A stretch of DNA of 64,000 nt from Lewinellaceae bacterium (GTDB taxonomy: Bacteria > Bacteroidota > Bacteroidia > Chitinophagales > Saprospiraceae): the NCBI GenBank assembly GCA_020636445.1, contig JACJXV010000016.1:1655-65654 (forward strand). The letters run 5' to 3'. Position 1 is the stretch's first letter. The number at the start of each line of letters is the position of its first letter. The position numbers were made by a program, and so were the translations under genes. Shown here one piece after another: positions 25,775 to 36,084 of this stretch. The notes below the pieces were generated by a model, which saw only the letters and a list, made by a program, of their open reading frames with translations, ran no database searches and was not told the origin of the DNA.

Positions 25775-28700
25775 ATGAAGAAAATGCTTCCCTTTATCTT
25801 GTTTATTTTTATCACTCAGGTAGCTACCCTGCAGGCGCAGAATCAGGGTGCGACGCCTTGTAACTTCTGCAGTCAATACTTGTATTGGACGGGCGAGGTA
25901 GATAATGACTTTTTTAATGAAGACAACTGGCGGATAGCCGTTCAGAAGCCTTCGGCACCTAATGTGCCTAACTCGCCCCAGACAACACCTGGGCAGGTGC
26001 CATCGGCCAAGCCATATTGTTTGCCCGGGGCGAATAAACTGAATTACCAGATCTGCCTGAACACGCCCGATCTGGACAAAGACAAGCACCCAAAGACGGG
26101 TACGCTCGAGCCAGGACAGGCCATTCAGTACAACCTGTATGCCAGTACTGCCACCATTGTGGCAAATGGGGTAATCACGTTTGATGCCGCAGATAAGGGC
26201 TTCACGATGAATCACGTAGATATGGAGGTCAATAGCCCGGTCGCGCAGGGAATCCTGTCTATCGATGGGGGATCAACCGTACGCCTGACTAGTGCCAATG
26301 CCCTGGGGGCAAATGCAGCTATCAATCTGCTGGATGCGGCTTCCTGGGTGTACTTTCTGCAGGACAACCCGGAGGAGTTATTAGGGACTCCGGCCAGTTT
26401 GCGGGTCGATGATGCCACGGGAATGGTTGATCAAAACTTGCGTATCAACCAGTATTATCAGCAAGGAGCCCTGGTGCGGAAGCGGGATTTGACATATACG
26501 CCCTTAACCATTTATTCCGGCGCTTCCGGGAGTGGGTCATCTGCCGCGCTGGTCGAATCTACCATTTATGCAGGCGGTGGTATTCCGGGGGGAATGAATA
26601 ATCAGGTCAGTTCTTTTGTGCTGAAGCGGGGGTATATGGTCACCCTGGCGATCCAGGATAATGGTACCGGAAAAAGCAAAGTATATATTGCTTCGGAAGC
26701 AGACCTCACGGTGGATGTCTTGCCGGCTGCCTTGCAAGGGAACGTTAGTTTCATTCGGGTGCTCCCCTGGAATTGGGTCACTAAAAAGGGAACCGGTGGC
26801 TTGATTAACGGACTCGATGCCGGTTGGTTCTACAACTGGGGGAATGGGGCCACGGCACAACCTAATCAGGATTATGTGCCAATGGCCTGGGGTGCTGGAG
26901 CTGCGTCTCCTGCGAGCTTGAACCAGGTAATTCAAAAGGAAAAAGCTACCCACTTGCTGGGCTTTAATGAATCGGACAACTGTAACGACCAATCGGGGCA
27001 ATTTAATAACCTTTGCGAGCCAGAAGTGGCGGTAGCTTATTATGAAAACTTAATGCGCACCGGACTGCGGTTGGGTACACCGGCACCCCGCGAAAACGGA
27101 CCGACGACCTGGCTAAAGGAATTCGCCAGGCTGGCCAAAGAGCGGGATGTACGCTTTGATTTTGTGGCGGTTCACTGGTATGATTGGGGTTCTAATCCGG
27201 CGAATTCACCGAATGCCGATCCGGTGCAGGTATTTAACCGGTTCAAGGCCTACCTGGCTAACGTTCACGCCATCTATGGTCTGCCGATCTGGATTACGGA
27301 ATTCAACGCCAATCCCAACCGGGAGAACAGCGTTCACGCTGCCTTTCTTGAACTCGCTTTACCCTACCTGGAACAGCTGGATTATGTAGAGCGCTACGCC
27401 TTTTTCCAGCCTAATCCGCAATATGCCAGCAATGTAGTTTCTCCATCCAACTACTACGATACCAATGGTGCCATTACCAATATCGGGATTATTTACCGGG
27501 ATCAAACATCCACTCCGTCCATTCCGGAAGCTTCGATGGCGGCTCCCAACAACCTGGAAGGGATGGATCTGCCTTATGTAGAGGTACCTGCGGATATTAT
27601 GGCTTTTGAAGCGGAATGTGGCTTGTACAAGGGCAACCAGTGGGAAATCAAAGAAGACTTACTGGCTTCCAATGAAAGATATATTCAGGCTAACACTTCT
27701 GCCGTGGGGGCAACGGGGCTAGCCCAGCAAACACACTTTGAGTTTGAGAGTGAGCAGAATGAAACGCTCCGCCTATGGGTGCGGCTGCGGACAGTTTCGG
27801 GTGCCAATGGTTCCCTGAAAATCAGTATGGATGGGGGAGCGTCGGCGACCATCGGAGGCATGAATGCCGGAGACTTTACCTGGTTCCGGATTCCTCGTTA
27901 TTACACCGTTGGTACTGGCAAACATCGTTTAACGATCACGTATGCAAACGGAGGTACGCAACTGGATAAGCTGGCGCTGGTCAATAGCAGCGCGGCCATT
28001 GAACTGGCCCCGGATGCAGGGAATACGGCCTGCATCTTACCCGATGGAGGCTGGGGGATTGTCGACAATCCAACTATCTATTGGTTAGAAGGCGAAACGC
28101 CTGCCCAGGCAGGGGCAGAATGGGAGATTGGCACCAGTAGTTCGGCTATCGGCGGCCAATTCATCCAGCCCATCGCAGGGGTAAGTGCGATAAGCACACC
28201 TCCGGGGGCTGCGGGTATAGCTACCTATACCGTTGAAGTGGCCAACGACGATGAATTTAATATCTGGGGCAAAGTACAAGCCTTATCCCCTGATGCGGGT
28301 GCATTCTGGTTTAGTGTGGATGGTGAGCCCTTCCGGAAATGGGATGGCCTTGAAAACATTGCGTACGAATGGAAGTGGACCAAGTTTCATTTTAGTGAAG
28401 GTTCGGTGAACCGTCCGTTCACCTATTTCCTCTCGGCAGGTTCGCATACGATCGAGTTAGCCTATTCCGAGGCAGGTGCCAAACTGGACCGCCTGGCAGT
28501 GGCCAGCACTTCCCTGAATCCGGCCAGCGTGGACCCGGATGTATTGTTACCCAACCCGGTCCTGGATTTTGAAGCGGAAAACGCCGTTATCCTGGGTACT
28601 GCGACTATCGTCAACTGCGGCAGTTCTTCAAACGGGAAACAAGTAAATATGGGCACGGCGACCAGTAATGGTGTTCGGTTTGCCAATGTGGCTGTACCCA

Positions 28701-29659
28701 TTGGGGGGGCATATCGCCTGACGATTTCCTACATGTCGGCCGTTCCGAGAAACGTCCGCTTACGGGTGAATGATGTAGATATGGGGATCATCGCGGTGAC
28801 CAGCTCGGGGGCCTGGTGTTTTGCGGGAGGTGTTCCTGCTGATTTCCTCCGATCGGTGGATTTAAATGCCGGTACGAATACGATTGAATTCCGCCCTGTA
28901 GGTACCGAATCGCCCTTTATGGATAAAATTTCACTGGTGCGCGAGGCATCCTCCTTCGAAGCTGAGCTGGCTGAAATAAATGGAGCGGCCTCTGTAGTCA
29001 CTTGTGCTAAATCGTCCAACGGAGCGGCCGTTAACATGTTTAACGTAGGATCGAATAGCGTAAGGTTTGCGAACGTAGAGGTGTCGGCCACCGGTACGTA
29101 TATGTTGGATATTTCCTACTTGTCGAAAGTGGCCCGCCAGGCCCGCATTTTTGTGAACGATAACCTCTTCCAGGTTGCTACGTTTGACATCTCCGGAAGT
29201 TGGTGTTTTGAGGGTGGTACTCCCCGGGTTAAATCCTTTGAGATTCCCCTGACGGTGGGCATGAACAGCATTGAAATCAAGCCTGTTGGGGGGGCTGACG
29301 CTCCATTCATCGATAAAATTGCCATTGTCAATATGCCGGAGGAGGCATCCATGACGGCCGTCCAGGAGACGGGCTTAACGGGGGCCCTGGGGGTTACTGC
29401 ACAGGAGGAGCCAGTTAGCCTGTTGGTTTATCCGAACCCGGCAACGGCGAATGGTGAATTTTTCATCCGGGTGAATGCCAAGCACTATACACCCTTTGAT
29501 CTCCATATTCTGGATGTCTATGGCCGTACACTCCTGGGGAATATGTCAGGGGTAGCCAATCAGCCAGTCCGGTTTGGACAGGGCCTGGCTCCAGGCGTGT
29601 ACTTCGTTGTGGTCAATATGGAGGCTACGAGATACATGCAGAAACTGATCATCCGGTAA
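25775..29659 (+). CDS. T9SS-secreted multidomain glycoside hydrolase (Glyco_hydro_cc / GH128-like core plus four CBM6/35-like modules)
   Basis: Track ORF 25649..29659. The ATG at 25775 gives the signal peptide MKKMLPFILFIFITQVATLQAQ. The catalytic-core pattern is YVPMAWG...LLGFNESD...VAVHWYDWG...PIWITEFN. Four modules start with FEAE-type strands (MAFEAECG, YWLEGE, LDFEAENA, SSFEAELA). The C-terminus LLVYPNPATANGEFFI...GVYFVVVNMEATRYMQKLIIR is a Por/T9SS sorting domain. Confidence 0.8.
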   Translation: MKKMLPFILFIFITQVATLQAQNQGATPCNFCSQYLYWTGEVDNDFFNEDNWRIAVQKPSAPNVPNSPQTTPGQVPSAKPYCLPGANKLNYQICLNTPDLDKDKHPKTGTLEPGQAIQYNLYASTATIVANGVITFDAADKGFTMNHVDMEVNSPVAQGILSIDGGSTVRLTSANALGANAAINLLDAASWVYFLQDNPEELLGTPASLRVDDATGMVDQNLRINQYYQQGALVRKRDLTYTPLTIYSGASGSGSSAALVESTIYAGGGIPGGMNNQVSSFVLKRGYMVTLAIQDNGTGKSKVYIASEADLTVDVLPAALQGNVSFIRVLPWNWVTKKGTGGLINGLDAGWFYNWGNGATAQPNQDYVPMAWGAGAASPASLNQVIQKEKATHLLGFNESDNCNDQSGQFNNLCEPEVAVAYYENLMRTGLRLGTPAPRENGPTTWLKEFARLAKERDVRFDFVAVHWYDWGSNPANSPNADPVQVFNRFKAYLANVHAIYGLPIWITEFNANPNRENSVHAAFLELALPYLEQLDYVERYAFFQPNPQYASNVVSPSNYYDTNGAITNIGIIYRDQTSTPSIPEASMAAPNNLEGMDLPYVEVPADIMAFEAECGLYKGNQWEIKEDLLASNERYIQANTSAVGATGLAQQTHFEFESEQNETLRLWVRLRTVSGANGSLKISMDGGASATIGGMNAGDFTWFRIPRYYTVGTGKHRLTITYANGGTQLDKLALVNSSAAIELAPDAGNTACILPDGGWGIVDNPTIYWLEGETPAQAGAEWEIGTSSSAIGGQFIQPIAGVSAISTPPGAAGIATYTVEVANDDEFNIWGKVQALSPDAGAFWFSVDGEPFRKWDGLENIAYEWKWTKFHFSEGSVNRPFTYFLSAGSHTIELAYSEAGAKLDRLAVASTSLNPASVDPDVLLPNPVLDFEAENAVILGTATIVNCGSSSNGKQVNMGTATSNGVRFANVAVPIGGAYRLTISYMSAVPRNVRLRVNDVDMGIIAVTSSGAWCFAGGVPADFLRSVDLNAGTNTIEFRPVGTESPFMDKISLVREASSFEAELAEINGAASVVTCAKSSNGAAVNMFNVGSNSVRFANVEVSATGTYMLDISYLSKVARQARIFVNDNLFQVATFDISGSWCFEGGTPRVKSFEIPLTVGMNSIEIKPVGGADAPFIDKIAIVNMPEEASMTAVQETGLTGALGVTAQEEPVSLLVYPNPATANGEFFIRVNAKHYTPFDLHILDVYGRTLLGNMSGVANQPVRFGQGLAPGVYFVVVNMEATRYMQKLIIR

Positions 29660-29750
29660 ACTCAACGTCCGTGATTTGCTAAAGTAGCAGATCGTAAACC
29701 ATTTTCTTTTTCATACCATAAGATCAAATCTCCAAAGTTTAGTTGTCCGG

Positions 29751-29792
29751 CAGGGGCTATTGACGAAAGTTAATATCCCCTGTCTTTTTTTT
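29751..29792 (+). terminator. rho-independent terminator candidate
   Basis: CAGGGG...CCCCTG stem (29751-29782) followed by a T8 run, about 90 nt after the stop codon at 29659. Confidence 0.6.
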
Positions 29793-29828
29793 GCTGGAAA
29801 GCTATCCGTTAGGGAAGGTGTATGGTTT

Positions 29829-29883
29829 CACGCCAAGAAGCGCGGGATCGTTGATTCGTCAACTATTAGCGCTTCTTGGCGTG
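29829..29883. terminator. 15-bp perfect inverted repeat with a nested inner hairpin between convergent genes
   Basis: CACGCCAAGAAGCGC (29829-29843) pairs with GCGCTTCTTGGCGTG (29869-29883). The 25-nt loop itself contains GTTGA-ttcg-TCAAC. Confidence 0.5.
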
Positions 29884-29932
29884 CAATCAGGAAAGTAAGG
29901 TATCCAGAGGCTCACGAAGAGCCAATATGACC

Positions 29933-31567
29933 TTATTTCCCCGGATTAATCGCCCCAATTACCGGAACAGCGGGCAGCGGATTACCAAGAAAATCCTGTT
30001 GCATTTGCAGGCCGTGCATCAGTCCAAACGAATCGTTCGGTAAGAACGGAATGGCGATTCCCTTCCGGATAAGCCGTCGGTTGGTGGGGGTATAATCCTC
30101 CGGAGCAAGGCCACCTGCATTGCGGAAAGCTGGGTTTCCAAAGCGCGGCGAGGAGTCATGGATAAGCGCTTCGGCAGGCCAGTTTTGGGGACTTAGAAAT
30201 AAGTTGTTTTCAAAAAATACCCGGTGTATGGTTCCCCCATTGCTGGTATCTGGTTTATACTGATCGCCTTTGACCATTGTCGACTCCCCCTGGATATAAA
30301 AAATATTATTGGCGATAAGCACTCCTTCGGAGGTGTTGTCGATAGCGATTTTGGCAACGATATCCTGGCTGACAAAGATGGTGTTGTTATAGAAATAGGT
30401 ATTCACCGGCCCCTTGCGTTCCTTATTTCCCTGGTAACCACTGAGCCAGAATATTTTCCCTTCCTGGAAGGCTCCATCTAGCCCTTTGATGCGGTGTCCG
30501 TCATTGACACTGATATTATAGCGATAGGCACAATTGTAATTATTGCCTAATACCTCGCAGAATCCACCAGCGTTATGCGCACTGAAATTGTACTGCATAA
30601 CAACGTTATCGCAGTTGTAGTCAATATGAGCGCCTGCAGAGTCACCAGGGCCGTTGGCATACATGAACTTGTTTTTCTCAATGAGCACATCGGAAGCACT
30701 CCAGGTCCATAGGCCACTACCGCGCCCCCATTTGCGGGAGTCATCGTTGCTGCCGGAGCGGGTTACCACGTTGTTACCCACATACACAAACCGGACATTA
30801 GACATTTGTATACCTGGTCCACCGGTTTCACTGATGTCATTGTCCTCCAGGCGTACCCGCTGGATATTTCTTCCCTTGCCGGTTAATTTTATACCCGTAT
30901 GACTGACATTTTGGATTTCACACTTCCGGATAACAACGTCCTCCAGGTTTGCGTCCTCCTGGGGATTTATCAAGCGGATGCCCCAGCCATATCGTTGGGT
31001 TCCGTTAGCGGAATTGACTTCCTCCTTGCCGCGCTGAAATCCTGCATTTTCATAAAATACATCTTTAATCTGTATTCGCTCCAGGGTGATGCCTTTCATG
31101 GTTTTCGCAGTTTTCGTTCGAATCATGACGCCCGTTCTCATCTGCGACGTTGAATCAAATATGGTAAAGCCGTTGCCGGTAATGCTTACGGCGGCTATTC
31201 TAATAAAACTGCAATCTTCGATGAGAATGCCCTCTGGAAAACCTTTGGCATCGATTAGCGCCGGCGGGGTATTTACATTGTCGTCCCAGGCAAGGGATTC
31301 AACGGTAATTGGATATTGCTTACTCCCACTGATATTGAGCAGCTGCAGTGACCCGGTATAGACCTGTCCGGCAGCGAGCAAAACGCGGTCGCCAGGTAGT
31401 AAGGACAGGGTACTGGCTTTAACCAGCGTCCGGATTGCTTTTGCTTTGGAGGATCCGTCATTCAGGTCGTTACCCTGCGTGGCGTGAACATAGTAGTCAG
31501 TAGCTTTTGTGGGGTTGATGAATCCGAATGCTCCCCAGAGCAGCAGGACCAGATAGCGTAGTTTCAT
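29933..31567 (-). CDS. right-handed parallel beta-helix repeat protein (possible polysaccharide lyase/hydrolase)
   Basis: 544 aa with a signal peptide. It has periodic beta-helix-type repeats (IRIAAVSITGNG, VVIRKCEIQNVSHTGI, VRLEDNDISETGGPGI, VYVGNNVV). Confidence 0.7.
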   Translation of the reverse strand: MKLRYLVLLLWGAFGFINPTKATDYYVHATQGNDLNDGSSKAKAIRTLVKASTLSLLPGDRVLLAAGQVYTGSLQLLNISGSKQYPITVESLAWDDNVNTPPALIDAKGFPEGILIEDCSFIRIAAVSITGNGFTIFDSTSQMRTGVMIRTKTAKTMKGITLERIQIKDVFYENAGFQRGKEEVNSANGTQRYGWGIRLINPQEDANLEDVVIRKCEIQNVSHTGIKLTGKGRNIQRVRLEDNDISETGGPGIQMSNVRFVYVGNNVVTRSGSNDDSRKWGRGSGLWTWSASDVLIEKNKFMYANGPGDSAGAHIDYNCDNVVMQYNFSAHNAGGFCEVLGNNYNCAYRYNISVNDGHRIKGLDGAFQEGKIFWLSGYQGNKERKGPVNTYFYNNTIFVSQDIVAKIAIDNTSEGVLIANNIFYIQGESTMVKGDQYKPDTSNGGTIHRVFFENNLFLSPQNWPAEALIHDSSPRFGNPAFRNAGGLAPEDYTPTNRRLIRKGIAIPFLPNDSFGLMHGLQMQQDFLGNPLPAVPVIGAINPGK

Positions 31568-31589
31568 TTAGTTGTAACTGAGTTTAATA

Positions 31590-31770
31590 AGAAACCAGAA
31601 ATTTACTCCGACTGCGTCGGAGCCAGAAATTTACCCGACTCCAGGAGCGACAGCGTAAGGAGGCGGGGCAGAAACCACCTGCCTTCGCTAAGCTTCGGCG
31701 GGCGAAGAAAATCAGCCTGACGCTGCAAGCGCTGGGGGTAAAGCATTCCAATTTCCAATTTCTCCTAACA
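31590..31770. repeat. mosaic of short GC-rich hairpins plus a TTCCAATTTCCAATTTC motif
   Basis: CTCCGAC-tgc-GTCGGAG at 31606-31622, further GGCAG/CTGCC and CTTCG/CGAAG stems, and TTCCAATTTCCAATTTCTCC at 31746-31765. It resembles the blocks at 46341-46925, 51749-51885 and 60684-61102. Confidence 0.6.
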
Positions 31771-31782
31771 GGCCTTGCCGGT

Positions 31783-34700
31783 TCAGACCGGTTCATCCCG
31801 CTTCTTCAAATTGTCGAGCATTTCCGCTTTATAATCCGAGGGCAGACAGCCGAATTGTTGCTGGAACGATAACCGGAAGTGCTTGTAATCATTAAAGCCA
31901 ACCTCATAGGCTACCTGGCTTAACTTGGTATTATCGTTCAAAATCAGTTGCGCAGCTTTCTTAAGTCGTACCGACCGGATAAAACCGGTTATGGAAAGAC
32001 CCGTCAAGGATTTTATTTTCCGGTACAAAGTAGACCGGCTCATGTAGAGCTCTTGAACAAGCATGTCTACACCAAACGCTTCATTGGCAATATTATCGCT
32101 GACCAGTTTGATGGCTTTTTCAACAAAAGCCTCATCCATATTATTTCCTTCGTTAATTTCCTGGTTGTCAGGTTCAAATCGTACCCGGTTGAGGAAATAG
32201 CCCCTGAGTTTTTTACGGTTTTCCAAAATATTGTTGATTCTGGTTTTCATAATTACGGGGTTGAATGGCTTAGTCACGTAGTCATCGGCACCCGTTTCAA
32301 GACCGTTCACCTCATAGACCACAGAGGTTCGCGCTGTCAGCAAAATGATGGGGATGTGGGAGGTTGCGATCTGGCTTTTTATTTCCTGGCAAAGCGTGAT
32401 GCCGTCCATTTCGGGCATCATAATATCACTGACGATGATGTCCGGTAGTTCAGTTTTGGCAATTTGTAATCCGACAAGGCCATTCTCAGCTTCAAGTACC
32501 CGGAAATCGTCTTTGAGCAGGCTGTTGAGGTATTTTCGTATGTCCTCATTGTCATCGACAATCAGCACAGATTCTTTTTTAACATTGTCGTCAATATCCA
32601 GCGAGCTTGGTTGCAACCAATCGGTATCCAGGTCCTCCTGATAATCATTCTCGAGGAGTAATTCTTCGAGATCTTCTTCGGGGGCGGGCTTACTATTTTG
32701 CAGGAAGGGATTGTTTAACAACAGCTGAGAAGTGAAACAAGTCTCTTCTCCGGGGGTGCTTTTGACAAAAATATTGCCATGGTGGAGGTCAATAATAGCC
32801 TTGGTAAACGTCAGCCCGATGCCACTCCCTACCATTTTCGCCGTTGCGGAACTGCGCACCTGGTAGAACCGGTCGAATACTTTGGTAGCGTCTTCAGGCG
32901 AGAGCCCAATGCCATTATCTTTTACTTCAATATTGAGATAACCGTCTTTGATATAGAGGTACATGGATACCTCTCCTCCCGGGCGGCTATATTTGAAGGC
33001 ATTGGAGATCAGATTACACAGAACAATCTCCATTTTGTCGCGATCGAAGAGGAGAACGGCACGGTCTACCTCCGTTTCAAACTTATAACTAATGTTTTTT
33101 GTTCGGGAAATGTCTTTAAAGGAAAGGTAAACCTCTTTGGCGAAGGAAACGAATTCGCTGTGCTCTACATTGAGCTGGAGTAATCCATGTTCTGACTTTC
33201 TAAAGTCGAGCAATTGGTTGATTAGGTTTAATAGCCTTTTGGCATTGTTTTCAACCAGGATCATTTTGTTGCGAATGTCAGCATCAAGATTGAGATTGCT
33301 GAGGACTTCGGTGACCGGGCTTAAGATCAACGTGAGGGGGGTTCGGAATTCGTGGGAAATATTGGTGAAGAATGAAATCTTAGCCTCATTCAGATCGTGT
33401 TCTTTTTCTTTTTCAATTTCAGCAATCCGCAATTTGGCTTCCAGTCTGGCTTGTCTTGCAGACACATAATTGATAAGTACACCAATGCCAATGGCCATCA
33501 GGGCATAGAGGGAATACGCATACCAGGTTGCCCAGGGCGGAACCTCAACACCGATGCGTAAGCTTCGGATTTCACTCCAGTTTTGCCGGTCTCTACTGGC
33601 CCGGATTTGTACTTCATAATCGCCGGGATTGAGGCCGGTAAAGCTAATCTCGTTTCTTCCGCGGGTATTGATCCATTCATCCTGGAATCCGGGCATCCGG
33701 TATTGATAAACGACATTGTCGGTGCCCAGAAAGTCGTTGGCTGCAAAAAGCAAGGTTAGATGATTTTGTTTGTACCCCAGCTCCAGCTTATCAGTGTAGT
33801 TAATGTCTTTTCTTAACAGCACACGCCCACCCACATTATCGCCCACATTCAGGTTTGTGTTGTTGACAATGATATCCGTGAATACAATGTGCGGAGCGTT
33901 GGTATTCTCAGCCAGCATGTTAGGGTTAAACTGGATTACCCCGTTGTACCCTCCGAAATAGATATTCCCCTCATGGTCTTTGAAGGAAGAGCCGATATGG
34001 AAAGCTGTAACCATTACACCGCTTTCCCGGTCGTAATTCATAAAGGTTTTCTTGAAGGGATCCAGCCGGGTTAGCGAGGTGGTGGAGCTGATCCAGATAT
34101 TTCCGTTATCATCTTCTTCGATTGCACAAATAAAATCACTGAACAATCCGCTTTGCGTATCATAAATGGCATTCAGGGAGAGCTTTTCCCCTTTTTGGTG
34201 CAGATCAATCAATCCGGCAGGGGTGGCGGCATAAATAGTTTCCCCTTTGATGAAGAGATCATTGATGATCACACTGGGCAGATTGCTGCTGATTAATTTT
34301 TTATGGCTGATAAAGCTCTGATCCTCGGGTTGATAGCGATTGATGCCAGAATATGTGGCGAGCCAGATATTGCCGGTTTCATCTTCAATGATTTTATTGA
34401 TACGGTTGTTTTCCAGATAATACCGGCCCTTGCCGGATTCCGCATAGCGCTTCATCTGTTCCAGATTCGGATCGGAATCCAGGTTGGTTACTTTTAATCC
34501 GGTTTGTTGCGTTCCAATCCAGAGATTATTATGGCGGTCGAGGCATATTGCAGTTACCTTTTCATTGGGGAATTTATAAAGCGCCTGATTGAAATTTCGA
34601 TCGCGAATGACGACCAGACCCTTGTTGGTGCCCACGAACAGGTATTTGCCTTTTTCTCTGATGACATTGATCCGGGTTTCCGGTACTGTGGCTAAAGAGG

Positions 34701-35880
34701 TGAAAATACCGTTGTTTTCCTGTACAAATAAGCCTTCGGCAAGCGTTCCCAGAAATAAATGATTGTCAGTGCCTTTATAGATTGCAATGGCATTATGGTC
34801 ATTGGTGCCTCGAACCGGATTATTGGTGATGAAGTGAAAGCCTTTGTTGGGGTAGAGCATCAGTACCCCGCCATGGGCGGTTCCCAGCCAGGCGATTTCA
34901 TTCTTGTCAATTTCAATATCCAGAATGAGAGAATTATTGATATTGTTGAAGGTGCTACCCTGGGGGTTCGTATTGATGTGCTGGAAGCGGGAAACAGAGG
35001 GGTCGCTGATAAAAAGCCCATCGCCCCAGCTGCCAAGCCAGATACGTTTTTTGCTGTCAATGGCGATGCTTTTCACAAATTTAGCCTGAAAAGAGAGGTG
35101 ATGATCAACGAGCCGCTGCTCGGCCAGGTCATAGCTCAATAAGGCCGCCAGGTCTTTTGTATTACCCGCTATCCAGATTTTTCCCCGATATGTGTCTTCC
35201 ACCAGTGTATTCATCCCATAAGGTAGCCGTATGCGGGTGAGTTGCTCATACTGGTGGCCCGACTTGACCAGTTCATATCCGGCAACAAACCACATGTTGT
35301 CGGCGGCGTCTTTGATAATCGACAGGATGGGAGTTTGAAAGAGGAAATGGTCGATGACTATTCTTTTGCGGGGGTCGATCACAAATACCCCATTGCTCCA
35401 GGTGCCCACCCAAATGAAACCACGGGCATCCTGATTGAGTGACATGACCCGCAGCTGGGTCTCACTTTTGAGGTTGAAAATGGGATTGAAATCTGTAATA
35501 TGGTCATGACTGACATCCAGCATCGATAACCCTCCACTTTTGGTGCCGATCCAGATGTTATTATCCTTGTCTTTGAATAGGGTTTCAATATTTTCGTTTC
35601 TTAATTGGGGATATGTACTGCCCGGCCGGTACGTTTTAAAAGAATACCCATCGTACCGGGAAATACCGGCTTCCGTGGCGAAATATTTCAGGTTGTCGGC
35701 ATCGCTAATCGTTTTGGAGACATAGTTACTGATCAGCCCGTCCTCAACAGTGATGACATCAATAACAAATTCTTCTGTTTTTTCATGGGTTAAAAGCTGT
35801 GCCATAGCAAGTTGAGCCGAACTGGTAACCGCCAGGAAAAAGAATACCCATGCTTTGAATTCAAACTTTAAATCAACCAT
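31783..35880 (-). CDS. hybrid two-component system sensor kinase/response regulator with AraC-type HTH (HTCS)
   Basis: 1365 aa. Domains in order: propeller repeats, a TM helix, an H-box (FTNISHEFRTPLTLI), an ATPase (DNGIGL, GSGIGL), a receiver (VLIVDDNEDI...DIMMPEMDG) and an AraC HTH at the C-terminus. Confidence 0.9.
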   Translation of the reverse strand: MVDLKFEFKAWVFFFLAVTSSAQLAMAQLLTHEKTEEFVIDVITVEDGLISNYVSKTISDADNLKYFATEAGISRYDGYSFKTYRPGSTYPQLRNENIETLFKDKDNNIWIGTKSGGLSMLDVSHDHITDFNPIFNLKSETQLRVMSLNQDARGFIWVGTWSNGVFVIDPRKRIVIDHFLFQTPILSIIKDAADNMWFVAGYELVKSGHQYEQLTRIRLPYGMNTLVEDTYRGKIWIAGNTKDLAALLSYDLAEQRLVDHHLSFQAKFVKSIAIDSKKRIWLGSWGDGLFISDPSVSRFQHINTNPQGSTFNNINNSLILDIEIDKNEIAWLGTAHGGVLMLYPNKGFHFITNNPVRGTNDHNAIAIYKGTDNHLFLGTLAEGLFVQENNGIFTSLATVPETRINVIREKGKYLFVGTNKGLVVIRDRNFNQALYKFPNEKVTAICLDRHNNLWIGTQQTGLKVTNLDSDPNLEQMKRYAESGKGRYYLENNRINKIIEDETGNIWLATYSGINRYQPEDQSFISHKKLISSNLPSVIINDLFIKGETIYAATPAGLIDLHQKGEKLSLNAIYDTQSGLFSDFICAIEEDDNGNIWISSTTSLTRLDPFKKTFMNYDRESGVMVTAFHIGSSFKDHEGNIYFGGYNGVIQFNPNMLAENTNAPHIVFTDIIVNNTNLNVGDNVGGRVLLRKDINYTDKLELGYKQNHLTLLFAANDFLGTDNVVYQYRMPGFQDEWINTRGRNEISFTGLNPGDYEVQIRASRDRQNWSEIRSLRIGVEVPPWATWYAYSLYALMAIGIGVLINYVSARQARLEAKLRIAEIEKEKEHDLNEAKISFFTNISHEFRTPLTLILSPVTEVLSNLNLDADIRNKMILVENNAKRLLNLINQLLDFRKSEHGLLQLNVEHSEFVSFAKEVYLSFKDISRTKNISYKFETEVDRAVLLFDRDKMEIVLCNLISNAFKYSRPGGEVSMYLYIKDGYLNIEVKDNGIGLSPEDATKVFDRFYQVRSSATAKMVGSGIGLTFTKAIIDLHHGNIFVKSTPGEETCFTSQLLLNNPFLQNSKPAPEEDLEELLLENDYQEDLDTDWLQPSSLDIDDNVKKESVLIVDDNEDIRKYLNSLLKDDFRVLEAENGLVGLQIAKTELPDIIVSDIMMPEMDGITLCQEIKSQIATSHIPIILLTARTSVVYEVNGLETGADDYVTKPFNPVIMKTRINNILENRKKLRGYFLNRVRFEPDNQEINEGNNMDEAFVEKAIKLVSDNIANEAFGVDMLVQELYMSRSTLYRKIKSLTGLSITGFIRSVRLKKAAQLILNDNTKLSQVAYEVGFNDYKHFRLSFQQQFGCLPSDYKAEMLDNLKKRDEPV

Positions 35881-36084
35881 TTTTCACCTATTGTCGTCTG
35901 TGTGATGCTGTTGCCATCCTTGTTCCCTTGTGGATTTTCAGTAGGGATCAACGTTGGCCAACCTATTACTGACGAAAAAACGTCGCGAAGAGAAAGTACC
36001 GTCAGCAGATGCCAAAATGCACAGATTTGGGAGCATAAACAATGCGAATCTGAACAATTTGGTTATGCTCAATACTAGAAACCC

